DNA from: Hormiphora californensis
Taxonomy: Eukaryota; Animalia; Ctenophora
Length of the DNA stretch: 64,000 nt
NCBI GenBank assembly: GCA_020137815.1
Contig: CM035357.1
Span: 4,588,001-4,652,000, forward strand
Direction: 5' to 3'
A program made the position numbers and the translations under genes. Every line of letters starts with the position of its first letter. Within the stretch, counting starts at the first letter, position 1. This document shows, in pieces, positions 1 to 15,895 of the stretch. The notes under the pieces were generated by a model, which ran no database searches, had not been told where the DNA came from, and saw only the letters and a list, made by a program, of their open reading frames with translations.

Positions 1-62
1 TACAGATGAAACACTGATCCCTACCCCTAGCTTATATAGTTAGGGAAAAACTAGGCCTTCTT

Positions 63-136
63 CTGTCTGGCGACGCCGGACCCTGATTTGATTATCAAAC
101 CTAGTGCGCTCAGATGGGTTCCATGTCGCCAGACAG
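63..136. mobile_element. Short (~75 bp) hairpin/MITE-like repeat; related copies at ~1314-1389 and ~14981-15051
   Basis: Terminal inverted repeat CTGTCTGGCGAC..GTCGCCAGACAG. The core CCCATCTGAGCGCACT..ATCAAATCAGGGT recurs three times, always intronic. Confidence 0.7.
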
Positions 137-148
137 GTCTTCTCTCAC

Positions 149-257
149 CAGGAACCGACCGAAACAAGTAAACAACCAATCAGAACTCGATATTTAGGTC
201 ACGTGACTGGTTATCAGCCAATCAGGGACCAGTATTTCCTGATTCGGTCGGTTCCTG
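149..257. mobile_element. hAT-type MITE (109 bp); partial second copy at 15235-15313
   Basis: TIR CAGGAACCGACCGAA..TTCGGTCGGTTCCTG flanked by a perfect 8-bp direct repeat TCTCTCAC (141-148, 258-265). CAG termini plus an 8-bp TSD are typical of hAT. Confidence 0.85.
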
Positions 258-265
258 TCTCTCAC

Positions 266-2298
266 CTGGTGTTCCTATGGCAGGGTCCTCTATCTGCCAA
301 GTATAGGTGAGGGCAGTTAGATTACCATCCCGTGCCTGAACATAGTAACTAACATTACCACCGTCCCTTACAAACAGGGGTGGAGAGGATTGGTAGAGGA
401 TCTGGACTTGTGCTGAGTCAGTCTCATGGTTTACTGCAATAGAGGTTGGGTTAGTGACACAAGGAAGGCGTGTTCGGACCCCTCATCAGATATAAAGAGA
501 GGTGGAGTTATTGACACAAGACGGGAGTTATGGGGGGAGTTGTTAGTGGCACGAGAAGAGCCCTTCTCCAGGAGAGTTAGGACATTATAGCAATACAAGG
601 GAGTAGTATGTTGTTAGTGACAACATATGGGAGTATGGGGAGTTTTTAGCAAGACAATTATACGTACCTGACCCTGATGTTTCGTAGGATACAATCTTCT
701 GTTCTTTATTAGCCACGACCGGTGAAGAATAGTTCCCAAAACAAGCATACTCGCCTAAAAGGGGGGATTTAATACTGTTATCAAAACATGTGGAGTGGGT
801 TAAAGACTACTAAATCAGGGGCATTGTGGGAGCTGTGAAAGATTGCCACTATAAATCACGGACATGGGGATGAGTCGCCTTCTTACCATCGTCAAAATCC
901 CTCTTGTAAAACATGACGTAAAGGTCCCCTTTTAGATCCGTTTCGTCGACCGCAAGTCTTGCTAGCCGTGACGGGTTCATATTCTCACCCGACTCTTCCA
1001 AAACAACCCATTGGACAGCGTTTTTAGCTTTGAACTTCCTTCGAATTTAAAAAAGGTTAAATGTATAGTCAGCCATTGATTTACCAGACCCCTGAGAGAA
1101 GGGTTTTAGGGGGGGGGGGGCGTAAGACGTTTGATTATGCCCGTAACTGACTAACCAGACAGGGATGGTTGGCGGGTTTGAGGCAGGCATGGTACATTCC
1201 AATTTGGTTTTTCTCCTGTCAGCCAAAATGTCACTCTTCGTAGTCATTGCGATCTCTTCAGCGTATGTTGGAGAATCTGAAGAAGGTAAAATATGCAATA
1301 ACTCCCGGAAAATCCTGTCTGGCGCCGTAGACCCCATCTGAGCGCACTGTCGCTGAGAATCAAATCAGGGTCTGGGTCGCCGCCAGACATGGAAAATCTA
1401 GAGTTGACTATATAAATGCAAATGTCTTCACTCACAATGTATGTCTAGTAGGAGACTGTTAGATACAACCCAGGCCTCTGAGCCATCTGCTAGGCCCACC
1501 TTGGCAAGGCACTGCAGAACACCGGGGGAAGTCCCTTCTTCCGCGGTTAATGTGTATTCATCTGACTGATCTTCTTGTAGTGTGATCTAGATTCAGGGAT
1601 AGTTTCTTTGGTGATGTTTGAAAAACCATTGATCAATTGATTAACGATCGTTCAACGACTTTCGATCGCTTTACTAAACGCTGGCTTCCTCGAACTAAAT
1701 TCTGGTAGGGATTGATAATCTCAGTTTGTCCATAAACTTTTATCAAGCAAATGAAGATCAAGCGTGGCAACACATGAACTTTATAATTTTCAATTAAATT
1801 CTACTCACTCTGTTTGAGTCCAAGGGAAGAGGAAGACTGTTACTGAGACTTGAAGCACCAGCAAAGAGGTAGGTGACTGAAGTTACTATACTTTTATCAT
1901 ACAAACTATCTAACTGGCAACTGAACAATAGTTACATTCCCTACTAAAATATAGTTCGACGCGACGCGACGCGCGATCGATGAACGATCGATAAACGATC
2001 GATAAACGATCGATATCGATCGTTTATCGATCGTTCATCGATCGCGCGTCGCGTCGCGTCGAACTATATTTTAGTAGGGTTGTGTTATAATGTGTTTAAT
2101 CTTTGCATTGGAAATATTCTTTTTTTTCACTTTTGTTATGGGACTGTTATAGTGTGTTACCTGAATTTCACGTTAGTACTGTTAGCCACGGTGCACTGAA
2201 GACCTAATGTTTCATCATCGTGATCTGTTACTGTAGTTAGGCCATCGCACCGGAGGGCTAACCGAAGCGATGGACAGCAGCATAGCTTTTTACTGCGT
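266..2298 (-). CDS. Multi-exon Ig-like cell-surface protein (partial, continues left of the window); paralog of the gene at 8636-21521
   Basis: GT-AG exons at about 2161-2298, 1809-1876, 1436-1586, 1156-1277, 887-1038, 668-752, 376-434 and 266-335 read ..LQCLAKVGLADGSEAWVVSNSLLLDIH..KLECTMPASNPPTIPVWKFK..KRDFDDGEYAC..FARDGNLTALTYTWQ, an Ig-type C..W..DxGxYxC pattern. One junction near 1.9-2.2 kb is unresolved and the start codon was not found. Confidence 0.7.
1939..2079. repeat. CpG-rich near-perfect palindrome (foldback element)
   Basis: CCCTACTAAAATATAGTTCGACGCGACGCG.. is mirrored by ..CGCGTCGCGTCGAACTATATTTTAGTAGGG, with internal CGATCGAT(A/G)AA units. Confidence 0.9.
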
Positions 2299-2348
2299 GA
2301 TCGGGGGAAAGAAAGTGTTAGTAAGTGGTATATTGTGTAACTTGATCT

Positions 2349-2520
2349 ACACTGTCCCTCGTAGCGGTAGCTTTCCGGGTCGCATGCAGTGGAAAAACTG
2401 TAATCAAGAAACTGTATATATCGTTCAATAATATAGCAATACAGTTTGTTGAATACAGTTTTTCCACTGTAAGCGGCCCTGTAAATATGTAAGATTTAGC
2501 GGCCTCTACGAAGGACGGTA
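2349..2520. repeat. Imperfect inverted-repeat element
   Basis: CAGTGGAAAAACTGTA..TACAGTTTTTCCACTG plus degenerate outer arms. A similar degenerate IR structure lies at ~16063-16253. Confidence 0.55.
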
Positions 2521-4734
2521 TAGCATGTCAAGGTGTAACTAGCCCAGGGAGCCATTTAAATTGTGTCAAAGAGGGAAGATAATTGCAGACGAATGACAAT
2601 GCTAAATAGTAAAACGTCTTGTTATTGTGAGGCGCCGCTTTGCAGTGTGTAATATATTACTTGAGTTACTCAACGAATAGTTTACCTGGGTTGTACTTGC
2701 TGTAGATATAACGATAAAACAATAAGAACTGTCCATTGAACGATCATGCTTTGGGATAAACGAGAGGTTTAGTTAGGGGGGGGGGGGGGGTGATAAACGA
2801 GGGGTTTAGTTAGGAGAGGGGGGGGGGTTGACATGTTAATTGTATCAAGTTGTGTGTAGCAATGCTAAACTTGAAAGTGATATGTATGAAGAATGTTGTA
2901 CGTGTATCGCTTGAAACTCATTTTAGTGCATCTGACTTTGTCATGTTTACTTCAGAGTTCTTAACAAGCAGAGTTTCACGTGAAACATTAAAATTGACAT
3001 GTGTTCACTGGTGGAGTTTGTTTGTGATTGCTGCTTCTGGAGGATGGTACCTGCCCATAGTAGAGCACTGATGGAGTTGTAGTATGTATTATTTGCTCAA
3101 GAAGACACATGCATCACAGCTAAGTATCTTCTCTTTTTTGCTACTCAGAAGTTAGTTTTACTTTCAATCTTCATCACTATTACTATTAGTGTATCAATAT
3201 CACCATCAATAGCTTTCGTTTCTTCGTCGTTTCAATATAATGTAAATCGTTACATTATTACTGCAACCATGTGGCCTGTGTACGTGGAAGATCGGCCTTC
3301 ATTTCGCATCGCGTTTCTACTAGAAACAAGGATCTGCCATTTTAAATTAAAGACATCCCTTTAAAGCTTGTGTATAATGTTTTTCCTCCTCTAGTTCGTG
3401 TGCTGATAGAGCGTGGAAATTAGCCGCTTAACGGCAATTAAATCCAGATACAGACCTCTGCCAGCTACTATAACTTGTTGCTTAACAGCTATCATCAGCT
3501 ATATATGCATTGCGTATATATTGACGGTCTCTAGCATTGCTCTCAATCTTTTCGTCGGGGGTTCTTTACACAATATTTATTCAGTATACCATGTCATCAC
3601 GGTCTGTCGGTAACATTGAATTGTTCATACTTTCTTTTTATTATTGTGGAGCACGGACACAGTGTAACGCACGGTAACAAGGCCACGTATTGCCATGTCC
3701 CAAACACGCACACATGTGCGTCTTGAAGTACCGATTTGCATGATAATGAACCCCATAATTCCATATACGGAATAATAGGGCTACATAATGCATCATTGAG
3801 TGAGCATAGTGCATGAATAGTGAATGGGGGCTTGGTAAGGTACGGAATCAGGGGACGGCAGGGGTGCAAGAGGGCTCGTTAGTCCTACACAACTGCATCT
3901 GTCTTCATAATTATATAATCTCACTCGTTCGCCAAAGTTTACGTATTTGTTATGTGCTAGTACAGCTGTGATGATCATTTCGCTAGAACATGGTCTTATT
4001 TTGGGCACGTCGCGCCCTCTTTTTTCGCTGCGCGATTTTTCGCGAAACCCTGCGGAGGGGCTGCTTCGCAGCCAAGGTCTTATTCTATGGATTATGAATT
4101 GTTGAACGTGTTGAAGCAAGCACTATATTCTATATTCACACGGTTTCTTTGTTCTCTGTTTCCACATATTACACATGTTCCGTCACTCACAAGCAGACAA
4201 CAACAACATGCATCGACTCTCAGTCTATATGTTCAATGATTGACCGCCGCCCTAAACGCCCAAGCTGAAATACAGCTCTACTGTTTGAAATCTTGAATAG
4301 CTAGCTCGAGCTTTAAAATTTGGCTTTCTTAGCTTGATACTAGCTGTCATTGACAGTCTATCTTGTCTAAGGCGACAGACCGATTCTATTTTACTAAAAG
4401 TTTAAGGGGCTCAGTTTTATCTTTTAACGTTACATATTTCTTTTGGGCGTGTACGCATGTGCCTTCTGTGTGGTGAAACGTAATGCACAGATGAATCTTT
4501 CGGGCGATCTATTCGGGCTCTCCTTTCGAGCCCCCGTAATCCCCCGTGTTAGAATTATCGCATTCAGTACAGCAGAATATAACTTTCTTTTCAATTAAAC
4601 AGATCGTTACACCTGCATCCACTACATGCAGAGACAGATGCTAAAGACCATGTGTGTGTTACTGTTATTTCTCCCCTCCTCTTCAAGGATTCTTTCACTC
4701 CTAGCTCTGTGTGTGTCTCTTTTATATACCCGCA

Positions 4735-6150
<1,416 letters not shown>

Positions 6151-8635
6151 TCGACCCCTCGATACATTTCCGGGGTGGATGGTAGTAAAGGGGAGGGGCA
6201 ACATGGTGCTCCGTATTATATACTTCTCCTCCTCTATTTGTCCTTAATAAATTAGGCATTGCCCAGGTCCGCTTTCCTAAAGGTTTATAGACATTAGACA
6301 TACATACATAGCTATGTAGTAAAGTTTTAGATTACTCTCTTATAATATTCGTTTTTGGGTTTTCTGAAAACTTTGAGGTGGTCAATGAAAAGTTGAGGGA
6401 CGGCGATATATTGTTTCTCGGAGAAATTCTCCCTGCGCTTTAAAGACAGGAAATTGCCCGGAACCGATTTGGAACAGTTTGAGACCGGGTGAGTGCACTC
6501 CTCACTCGAACGTGATGTCCGTGTATTGTTTTTATACAGTTTCACACACGTCACTTGTATACTTGTACATACAATGCACATCGCTCTGAATCAACACATG
6601 CAATTTCGTATCTTTTGTTGACCTTCCGCATTGAAATTATGGGATCAGATATTTGTATATCGGCCATTATTTCGCTGATCATCTATGATAGAGGGGATTT
6701 GTTATGTTCTAACCCTCCTTTACATTTCTTTCCGTGGAGCGCACGGAAAGACGGTCGAGCTAGGCAAAGACGGGATAACATATTTTAAAATATATTATAT
6801 TGTTTTACTAAATTTTATTCTGGCTAATGATCTTTCCCTAAACAGTACACCTGCAGTTTCAAGTTGAAAAAGTTTACCTTCCTCTAATTTTATACCCATC
6901 GAGGCAACTTTGTGCCTATATCAGAGTCCAAATAAGGCAGTCATTCTTTTAGTTGCCTTGCCCAAGAACAAGCTTTTAGTTTTAGGAAGTAAAGTGAGAC
7001 TGTTATTTTCATAGCTTTCGTCGTATCGGTATAATGTGTATGCCCTTTCAGAGACGCCTCCAATAATATAAAATATAAATATTTAATATTTTGGTTTACC
7101 TAGTTGAAACACATCATCAGATGAATCTTAGGCAGTTTGCCAGCTATAAAACTATAAAAAGGCAGTTTAATATTGTACGTAGGTTAGGATAGAATAGCAT
7201 TACATCGATATAACTATTAGTGTAGAGGGGAGTCTTGAGATCTGTTCGCTGTGGCTTTGTGTATGATAGTATTGGTGTGTCTTTTTGATATATTCGTTTG
7301 AACTGTGAGTGCTATATGCAAGCATCTATAACAATGGAATGACCAAAAAGGGAGACACACTCTATATTTCTCTCTCACTTACTTACAGTCACACTCTCTC
7401 TTTGGTTATGATAATGAGGGACCACCGCCGCGTGTATATACCTTCCCTACTAATAGCGTTCTTGTGTTGCCTCTACTGGCGGGGAATTAAGGGGGCATGC
7501 ATTGTGTTGGCCTAGACAGACGTCCTTGTCATACCCTTTAATCAATTGCTTCACGATCCTATGAATTATTGTGAGTGAGAGACCTAGCGTGTCCCTTGAT
7601 CTAGTAAACCCTTTGTTTGGTATTGATTATACAGTGTGTATATATCTCATGTTAATATCAATTATTGTATACCTCTAGAGTTATTGGCGATGTGCCAACG
7701 AGAAAGCTGACACACAAATCAGCTGTGTAAGCATATTATATATCTCCACGCCCGATCAACCGCCCAGTAGTGTATCACTTCCCTGTTTTTACATAGTGCC
7801 AACTCCTAGATTGCCTCAATAAATTATTGTTAGCCTAGCAGATTTTTCTAGCACACCCTTTTGATTTGTATCGAACTTATCATAGTTCACGAATATAGAT
7901 AACGGTAGTTGTCAATGCCTAGAAGATATTTAACCCTTTGAGGACCACAGGCCATATATGACCCATTGCACTAAAGACTGATTTCTCAGCTTCAGGATTA
8001 ACTTTTGAGCCCAAACTAAAGCTTAAACGATAGTTTAGACATTTCTCTACCTAAAAATCCAAGTTTCATGCGCAATCATTGATGTTAAGGCTTAGATAAT
8101 TGGGTCCAAATGATGTTCATTTTGGTCATTTTTTAACTTTTGATGCCATTTCTAAACGCCTCCTACGAATTTTCTATAATTTTAAACACTTTAGAAGAAG
8201 ACCAAAACAAAAAATTAGCCTTTCCAGTTTTTATATAATGGTCATTATCCTATTTTATATCTTTCCCCCGTTTCCTTCCGTCGGCAGAGTTAGAGGATCG
8301 ATTAAAGCACGGCGAACCTAATGCACATGTAAACTACACCGAGCCTGCTGTGCTCATGAGACGTGCTTGCGAGTCATTATCACTACAAGCTGGAAAGCGT
8401 TAAGATCTAGACTGTCAGAACCGTTCTGAGAACGGAGTTAAAACTTTTCCGAGTTTTTGGCCGATTTAAAATTACATGTGTTCGTTAAAATCAATATATG
8501 ACGTGTGCTTGCTATAAAATTTACGTCGAACGATTAGGACGTGATTTGATAGATCTGTTAGTAGACAAAGAAGTTAAATTTTATAATACCGATGCAGCTA
8601 GCTCAATCTCTCGATTGGATCTTGCTGCCTTATAG

Positions 8636-11600
8636 CTGCTGATTGCATTGCCTGCTTTGAGTCACCAACACATTCCTATGTACAATGAAGTATATCACGT
8701 GCAAACAGATGCCGACACGCCACCGCCACTCCAATGTTTTCCTAAGTACTTAGTATTTTGGATCCTAGTTTAGATATATTATATCCGTAGTATATGCTTG
8801 TGTCTTTGGTTCTGTATAGTTTGTAGTCATAGCAACTGAGCTTCTAAAAACAGTCTCTACAGTTTGTAAATAATCACATAAAACGATCGCTATACAAATT
8901 GAAGACTTGCCAACGTTGATTTAAACTTCTTTTGAAAATGGTAAAGTTACTAATTCAAGTTGATGTAAAAATTAACACTTTTTTAAGTTGATGTAAAAAC
9001 AAACATTTTTTCTAAGTTGATGTAAGAGCTGAAGATAAACTAGGGTGATGTGGGCATTGTTCCTACTCACAATAGGATATGCCTCACACACAGTCTACAC
9101 AGAGATATGCTGCTGTCCTGATCTTCGTAAGTGTCAAATGAGCTTTAAGGCCAGAGGGGGGGGTCGACGGGTTTTTTGGGGTGTTTTTTGAGGTATACGT
9201 TATATGAAAGCGCTGGGCAAGGCGGATCGATTAGAACAGACGTCATCGATGTTGCGCGCACCGTTTGGCCAAAATTTGGGGGTTAACATTTGGCCTATAA
9301 TGGATGTTAACCCCTATAAATCAGGATTGGTGGGGTCTAGAACATCCATCATTGTACCAAAGGCTTCGTCTTGTCTTGATACAACTTCCTGAAAAGTTTT
9401 ATGTCGTTACTCCAACTACTTCTTGATTTTTTGGGGGTTTACAAAATATGCGGAAAAAGCCCTTTTTGCCTCTAATTTTGCTCTTTTTTGGGACATCCTG
9501 CCTAACTTCCTAAAATAACGGCTAGGACTCAGACCTTGCCGTTTGGCATAGTTGTTCTAGAGACCGTGTTCTTCAAATTTGGTGTAGCGATTTTTGATTA
9601 AGGCCCCCGTTCAAAAATTATAGGGGTTTACATAAAATTTTCATGGACAAAACAAATGTTAACCCCTATAATTTTTGAACGGGGGCCTTAATCAAAAATC
9701 GCTACACCAAATTTGAAGAACACGGTCTCTAGAACAACTATGCCAAACGGCAAGGTCTGAGTCCTAGCCGTTATTTTAGGAAGTTAGGCAGGATGTCCCA
9801 AAAAAGAGCAAAATTAGAGGCAAAAAGGGCTTTTTCCGCATATTTTGTAAACCCCCAAAAAATCAAGAAGTAGTTGGAGTAACGACATAAAACTTTTCAG
9901 GAAGTTGTATCAAGACAAGACGAAGCCTTTGGTACAATGATGGATGTTCTAGACCCCACCAATCCTGATTTATAGGGGTTAACATCCATTATAGGCCAAA
10001 TGTTAACCCCCAAATTTTGGCCAAACGGTGCGCGCAACATCGATGACGTCTGTTCTAATCGATCCGCCTTGCCCAGCACTTTCATATAACGTATACGGTC
10101 ACGGTCAAAAAGTCTGCTGAAAATCGATATACTTTTGAATTTACTCAATCGTGGATAAGATCCTCTCCATGGACAAATTTTTCGAACTCAACCCACTCAA
10201 AATTGTTCAAATTTTATTAATCTGAAAAGTCCAATATAATTGCTTTATCTGTTTCTCTGTAATCAGCACTTAAAAAGTGTGGATAACAAATCGTGTGGAT
10301 AACGGGCTCAACCGCATGATGATTGTGCTAGCAATATGAAATTTTAGTATACACAAGAATGGGTACTCACAATATGAATTATTTTGTTTTTATCTATTTT
10401 TTTACTCAACTTGTGTGGATAACATCAGTTTCCATCATAAATCGTTACTCAACCGTATGAAAGAGAGTACATTTGGTCTTTATTTCGGGTTCATTGGCTA
10501 GGGCTAACATTTTTCTTGGAAAATAAGCTTCCACTTTAACAAAAGGATAACTCAACCGGTGTGGATAACCATTTTTGTATCCTTTGGTCAGCATTAGACA
10601 TTTCGATTCTCATTTATCCACATCGATTGAGTAATTTATATGACCAGGAAATTACATGTAGAGACCAACCTCAACCAACAAGGACAGTTTCCGAGCAAAA
10701 ATTAACTCAACCGGTGTGGATAACGTCTCTTTACTGTTTAGAGGATTTTAGCAGAAAATCGAAGTTATCCACACTTGTTGAGTATCGAATTGGAGCTAAT
10801 CTAGCTTTTCCATCGATTAGGTATCGATTAGGAATATTTCACAAGTTGAGTAACCAAAATTGTGGATAATTTACGCATCATCAAGTTTGGGAGGCTGTGT
10901 ATCCACAATGGTTGAGTAAAACTTGCTCAACCGTATGTGACGAGGTTCCCACAACAATTATTATTGCAGTTATCCACAAAATGGAGTCATAGTTACAAAG
11001 ATTACTCAACCAGGTGGATATTCTTAAAACTTGTGTTTTTATCCACACTGGTTGAGCAATCGATTTAATTATTTAAAATTAATATAATTTAAACATATTT
11101 TGACCTGCTTACAAAATTTCAAGTGTCTAGAAGGTGTCTAAGTGGTCTAAAAATTGGTTTCAATAATTTTGGTCGATTTTTCGAAACCCAAAATTTCGAA
11201 ATTTCAGCAGACTTTTTGACCGTGACCATACCTCAAAAAACACCCCAAAAAACCCGTCGACCCCCCCCCCCCCCTCTGGCCTTAAACATCCATTTAAATC
11301 ATTTTAGATGTTAAATTAATTTAATAATAATTCTAAATGTTAAATAAGTTGGTAATTTAGGCATTTAATTAACTATCAATTAATAAATGCTCCTATTTAA
11401 GGTACGGAACTAAGCTGTGAAAGTAAAAGCTCTGGGGACACAAAAACGGTGGAAAAAAGAGTGAACGGTTACAAGTGTGATGCCCTTGATGGAACAGATG
11501 TGACACTGACTTGCTCCGCACTAAACACCGACAACCCCGCAGTAAAGGAAGTCAAATATCATTATTACAAAATCAACTCACTTGACCTCAAGCCTCTTCG

Positions 11601-14600
11601 ACTAGATGACAATGCACTGAGGGTAATAATATTTGTATATTCACAATTTATATTTACAAGTTGATTTATTATAGCATCAACCACAGGCTTACCCACTGGG
11701 TAATAGCCAGTGATTGGGAGATATTTACTCTTTGACTTGACTAAACTTATCACAGATTTTACTAAGCGCCATACCCCCTCTAGATATTAGTCTCTTGTTA
11801 CATTGTACTTCGTACAAACAAACAAACCAAACCCCCTCTAGATATCCGGATGTAGTGACTCTACATGTACCTTATCAAGTGTACAATGGTCGGACGCAGC
11901 GTACAGCGAGACCAAACTGAAGAACTACGACAACTTCAACTATCAGTGCGTAGCGGAGTACACCCTCGCAGATGATACTAGTTTCAACATCTCTTCTAAT
12001 ACCATGTGGCTGGATGTCTATAGTAAGTATCCGTTGGGAATCCATTGAGTCGCCTGAAACTAACCAAAAATTTTTTTCGAGTGCAGGGAAATCTCTCACC
12101 GTAGTGTTGTAGGCCATGCCAAGGAGACCTCAAATATGCAATTTGAGCTCTCAAGTCGAATTCATATTTTTGCTACAGCTGCTTGAAAAATGAACTGAAA
12201 ATAAGTTTTTGGCATCTCAAAAAATTTTTTTCAAAGATAGGAGCATGAAAATTTGGGGATTTGAAGAGGACATGAAGGTGAATAACCACAAAAAATTTTT
12301 TTGCAATCCGAGCTGATTTCCGGTCCTGAGATGGATTTCTTTTTTTCCACTTTAACGCCCTATTTGGCAAAGTTCCGAAAACATGTGAAAGCTGTAAATT
12401 GGGGAAAAGTTGCGTCTAACGATTATCTAAGTGGCCATAAATTTTGGGCGTGTCCTTATTTGAGATAAGCTGTACAGAGTTTTTTTTGTGAAAGCCGTCA
12501 TTTCAGAAATAAATAAATTCCCTGTATCTCAAAAACGGCTGACCGTAGAGACCTGAGACTATGCTTAAACGATTCAGAAGGTCCGATTTTGGGGGGGTCT
12601 TCTGAGAGACATTTTGCTCCTACTTCAACCGTTTTTGCTGTAATTGCGAAAAACAAATTCTATGAAAAGGGCAAAAGCTAAACTCCAATATCCTGTAATT
12701 AGGGAATTTTAGCTAAGAAAGGACCGAAACTATGGAAAAATGTTTAACAAGCTAATTCCTTCACTATTTGGTCCATATGGGTCCCTATAATCATCAAAAA
12801 CAAAATCACAAAAAATCCACGATGGCGAAGATGGGTTATTGTTTTTCGCAATTACAGCAAAAACGGTTGAAGTAGGAGCAAAATGTCTCTCAGAAGACCC
12901 CCCCAAAATCGGACCTTCTGAATCGTTTAAGCATAGTCTCAGGTCTCTACGATCAGCCGTTTTTGAGATACAGGGAATTTATTTATTTCTGAAATGACGG
13001 CTTTCACAAAAAAAACTCCGTACAGCTTATCTCAAATAAGGACACGCCCAAAATTTATGGCCACTTAGATAATCGTTAGACGCAACTTTTCACCAATTTA
13101 CAGCTTTCACATGTTTTCGGAACTTTGCCAAATAGGGCGTTAAAGTGGAAAAAAAGAAATCCATCTCAGGACCGGAAATCAGCTCGGATTGCAAAAAAAT
13201 TTTTTGTGGTTATTCACCTTCATGTCCTCTTCAAATCCCCAAATTTTCATGCTCCTATCTTTGAAAAAAATTTTTTGAGATGCCAAAAACGTATTTTCAG
13301 GACATTTTTTAAACAGCTGTAGCAAAAATATGAATTCGACTTAAGGGCTAAAATTGCATATTTGAGGTCTCCTTGGTATGGCCTACAACCCTACGGTGAG
13401 AGATTTCCCTGCACTCGAAAACAATTTTTGGTTAGCGTACCCTTAAACATGAACAATTCATGGAAGGAACAGTTTGGAATTTGGGAATCAATGCATCTTT
13501 CTGGTTTCCATACCCAAACGTAGTACTATAATGGGTTTCTTACAGTCACTCCCCCTCCCCAGAAAATGTAGCCATCCCAACCACGATACCAGCCGCAACT
13601 AGCAAGACGGGAATTAACACAAACGATGCCTATGAAACCTTAGCATGTGCGATGCCATCAACATATCCTGAATCAAAAGCCACGTGGTAGGTTGTACAAT
13701 TACTAACTAATGTATATCACAGTTCCAAGTTGTTAGAAATTACACTTCAAGTTCATTAACTTTATATTCTCATACGACATACTTCCGCTTAGCGGGACCC
13801 GCTAAAAGTAAAACCATAAACTGCTTAGCTTGGTCCCATCAAACTTTTTCTATCATCGAATCTCCAACCTGTCTCCAATATCTCTTCTATTTCCCATCAT
13901 ATTTCTACTCAACGTTTCCTAACAGGTATTTCCGTAAGACAACCTCCGACTCCTGGGCAGAACTAGACATTTCCAGGAAGTCTCGATTGGCATTAATTGA
14001 CGATGTCATATCATCTGAGTCATCCAGTTCTTCTAACTTTGCAGTGGGGACTCTCGTGGTGATGCTCTATCAGCCCACGGAAGATGATGGGTATTATAGA
14101 TGCAATGCAACTTACACCACCCCAGGGGTGGGTACCAACACTAGCTATGTGGTGGCGCAGTACCAGATGACTGGAAACGGTAATTATATTTTGCATTTTG
14201 TTAGGATCGTCGTCATGTAAACGATGTGGGTGTGTGGGTGTGTTACCACGGCAACGCCTCCACGTAATTTAAATTACAAGGGGTCACGGGCTTCGCTTTT
14301 ATAGACACCTGGGGCATATTACATGAATCGCACACAGAGAGGGGCTGAGAGGTAGAAATGGTGGAGGAGAGAGGTCGCCAAGATAGTATAGTGTGTACTA
14401 CACTCTATACTATCTTGGAGGCCTCTCTCCTCCACCATCTCTACCTGTGTAGTACAACTCGCGATCTTTCTATCAGGTGTACACAATATCATTATCAACT
14501 ATTCAGGGACAAATACTTTCAGTCAAACAACAAACTCTTTACCAACAAAAACATTTCTTTAGGTCAAACTGATCCGGGAACTCCTGAGCTCAAGATGCTG

Positions 14601-15828
14601 GCGGCGATCACTGGTGCAGACTACACACTGAGAAACGAGGCAGTCAACTTCACCTGCTTTGCCCGGGACACTAATGCCGACACTAGTGGACTTTATCAAT
14701 GGGTCTTTGAGAATTCTACATCGCAAAACTTCGGTAAGAATTTCAATATAATGAGCACACACTTCCGGAAACTAAGAGTAATAGACAAACAAGGTAATAA
14801 GGTATACTCATATTGGCAATAAAACAACTGGTGTCTGATAAGCCACATTTATAGACGTTATACTATATATTGTACAAGGAGGATCCTACTCATTGCCCTT
14901 TTACCCTTACTCAACAACATTTACCAGTCCTTCTCGGTATACCTGTCAGAGCATTGGCCTGACCTTATATTCTCATTTCTCCTGTCTGGCGCCGCCGACC
15001 CCATCTGAGCGCACTGTCAAATCAAATTGGGGTATAGGCGCCGCCATACAGCTGTGGTCAGAGCATTGACTTCACAGCGGTATATAACACATAGCCTTTC
15101 TCCCTTCAGAATCAGTGGATCTAAACCATGAAGACTTCAAGGAAGTAAAGCTATACAACTTCAACCGGACTCTAGAGCTCCCCTCGACTTACGAGAACTA
15201 TGGGATAACATTTAGGTAACATGAACGACAAAGCTCCTGATTGGCTGATAACCAGTCACGTGACCTAAGTAACGAGTTCTGATTGGTTGTTTACTTGTGT
15301 CAGTCGGTTCCTGCTTTTTGCCATATCATTCTCAACAAGTAGTTATGTATTTAAAAAAATAGGTTGACACATTTGTCTCACTAGGTGCCAAGTTGAAAGA
15401 TCAGGCACAACAAAGATGAGCGATACCTTCAAGCAGCCGGTGATAGTCCCTGATTTCTTGACACCACCAGAGAATCAGGGTGTTTGTGTGAATACTGATG
15501 AAACTATTGAGATAACACCTAACCTGCAGTACATGATGTCAGACCAAGTAGTGGTAGCGGACGCAGTTCAGGTACTAGGAACTTTGTTGAATAAGGGGTT
15601 AACTCAACAAACGGAACTAGGATTTAATAGCACTAGGATACAGTCGAACCCTGATTTACTGGGCTACAAGTGAGAAAATGAGTAAATCTGAGTGCTGGTA
15701 AATCAGGTTCCGACGGTAGTAGGTAGATCATATAATACATCAATACAATGGCAGTCGATACATAACACTGCAAAAGCTTCAATGGTCGCCAGCTATGTAC
15801 AATGAATGTAACGTGTAGAGACGATTAA

Positions 15829-15895
<67 letters not shown>

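Noticed and set aside
7930-8250. piggyBac-like left end TTAA|CCCTTTG
   Set aside because: No matching right TIR or transposase was found in the window.
9204-10148. Near-identical ORFs on opposite strands (also 12173/13125 and 50645/51021)
   Set aside because: By-products of inverted-repeat arms, with no recognisable domain.
10140-11060. Bacterial oriC or CRISPR array
   Set aside because: It lies within TTAA-flanked TIRs in a spliceosomal intron; motif orientation and spacing are irregular; there are no dnaA or cas genes.
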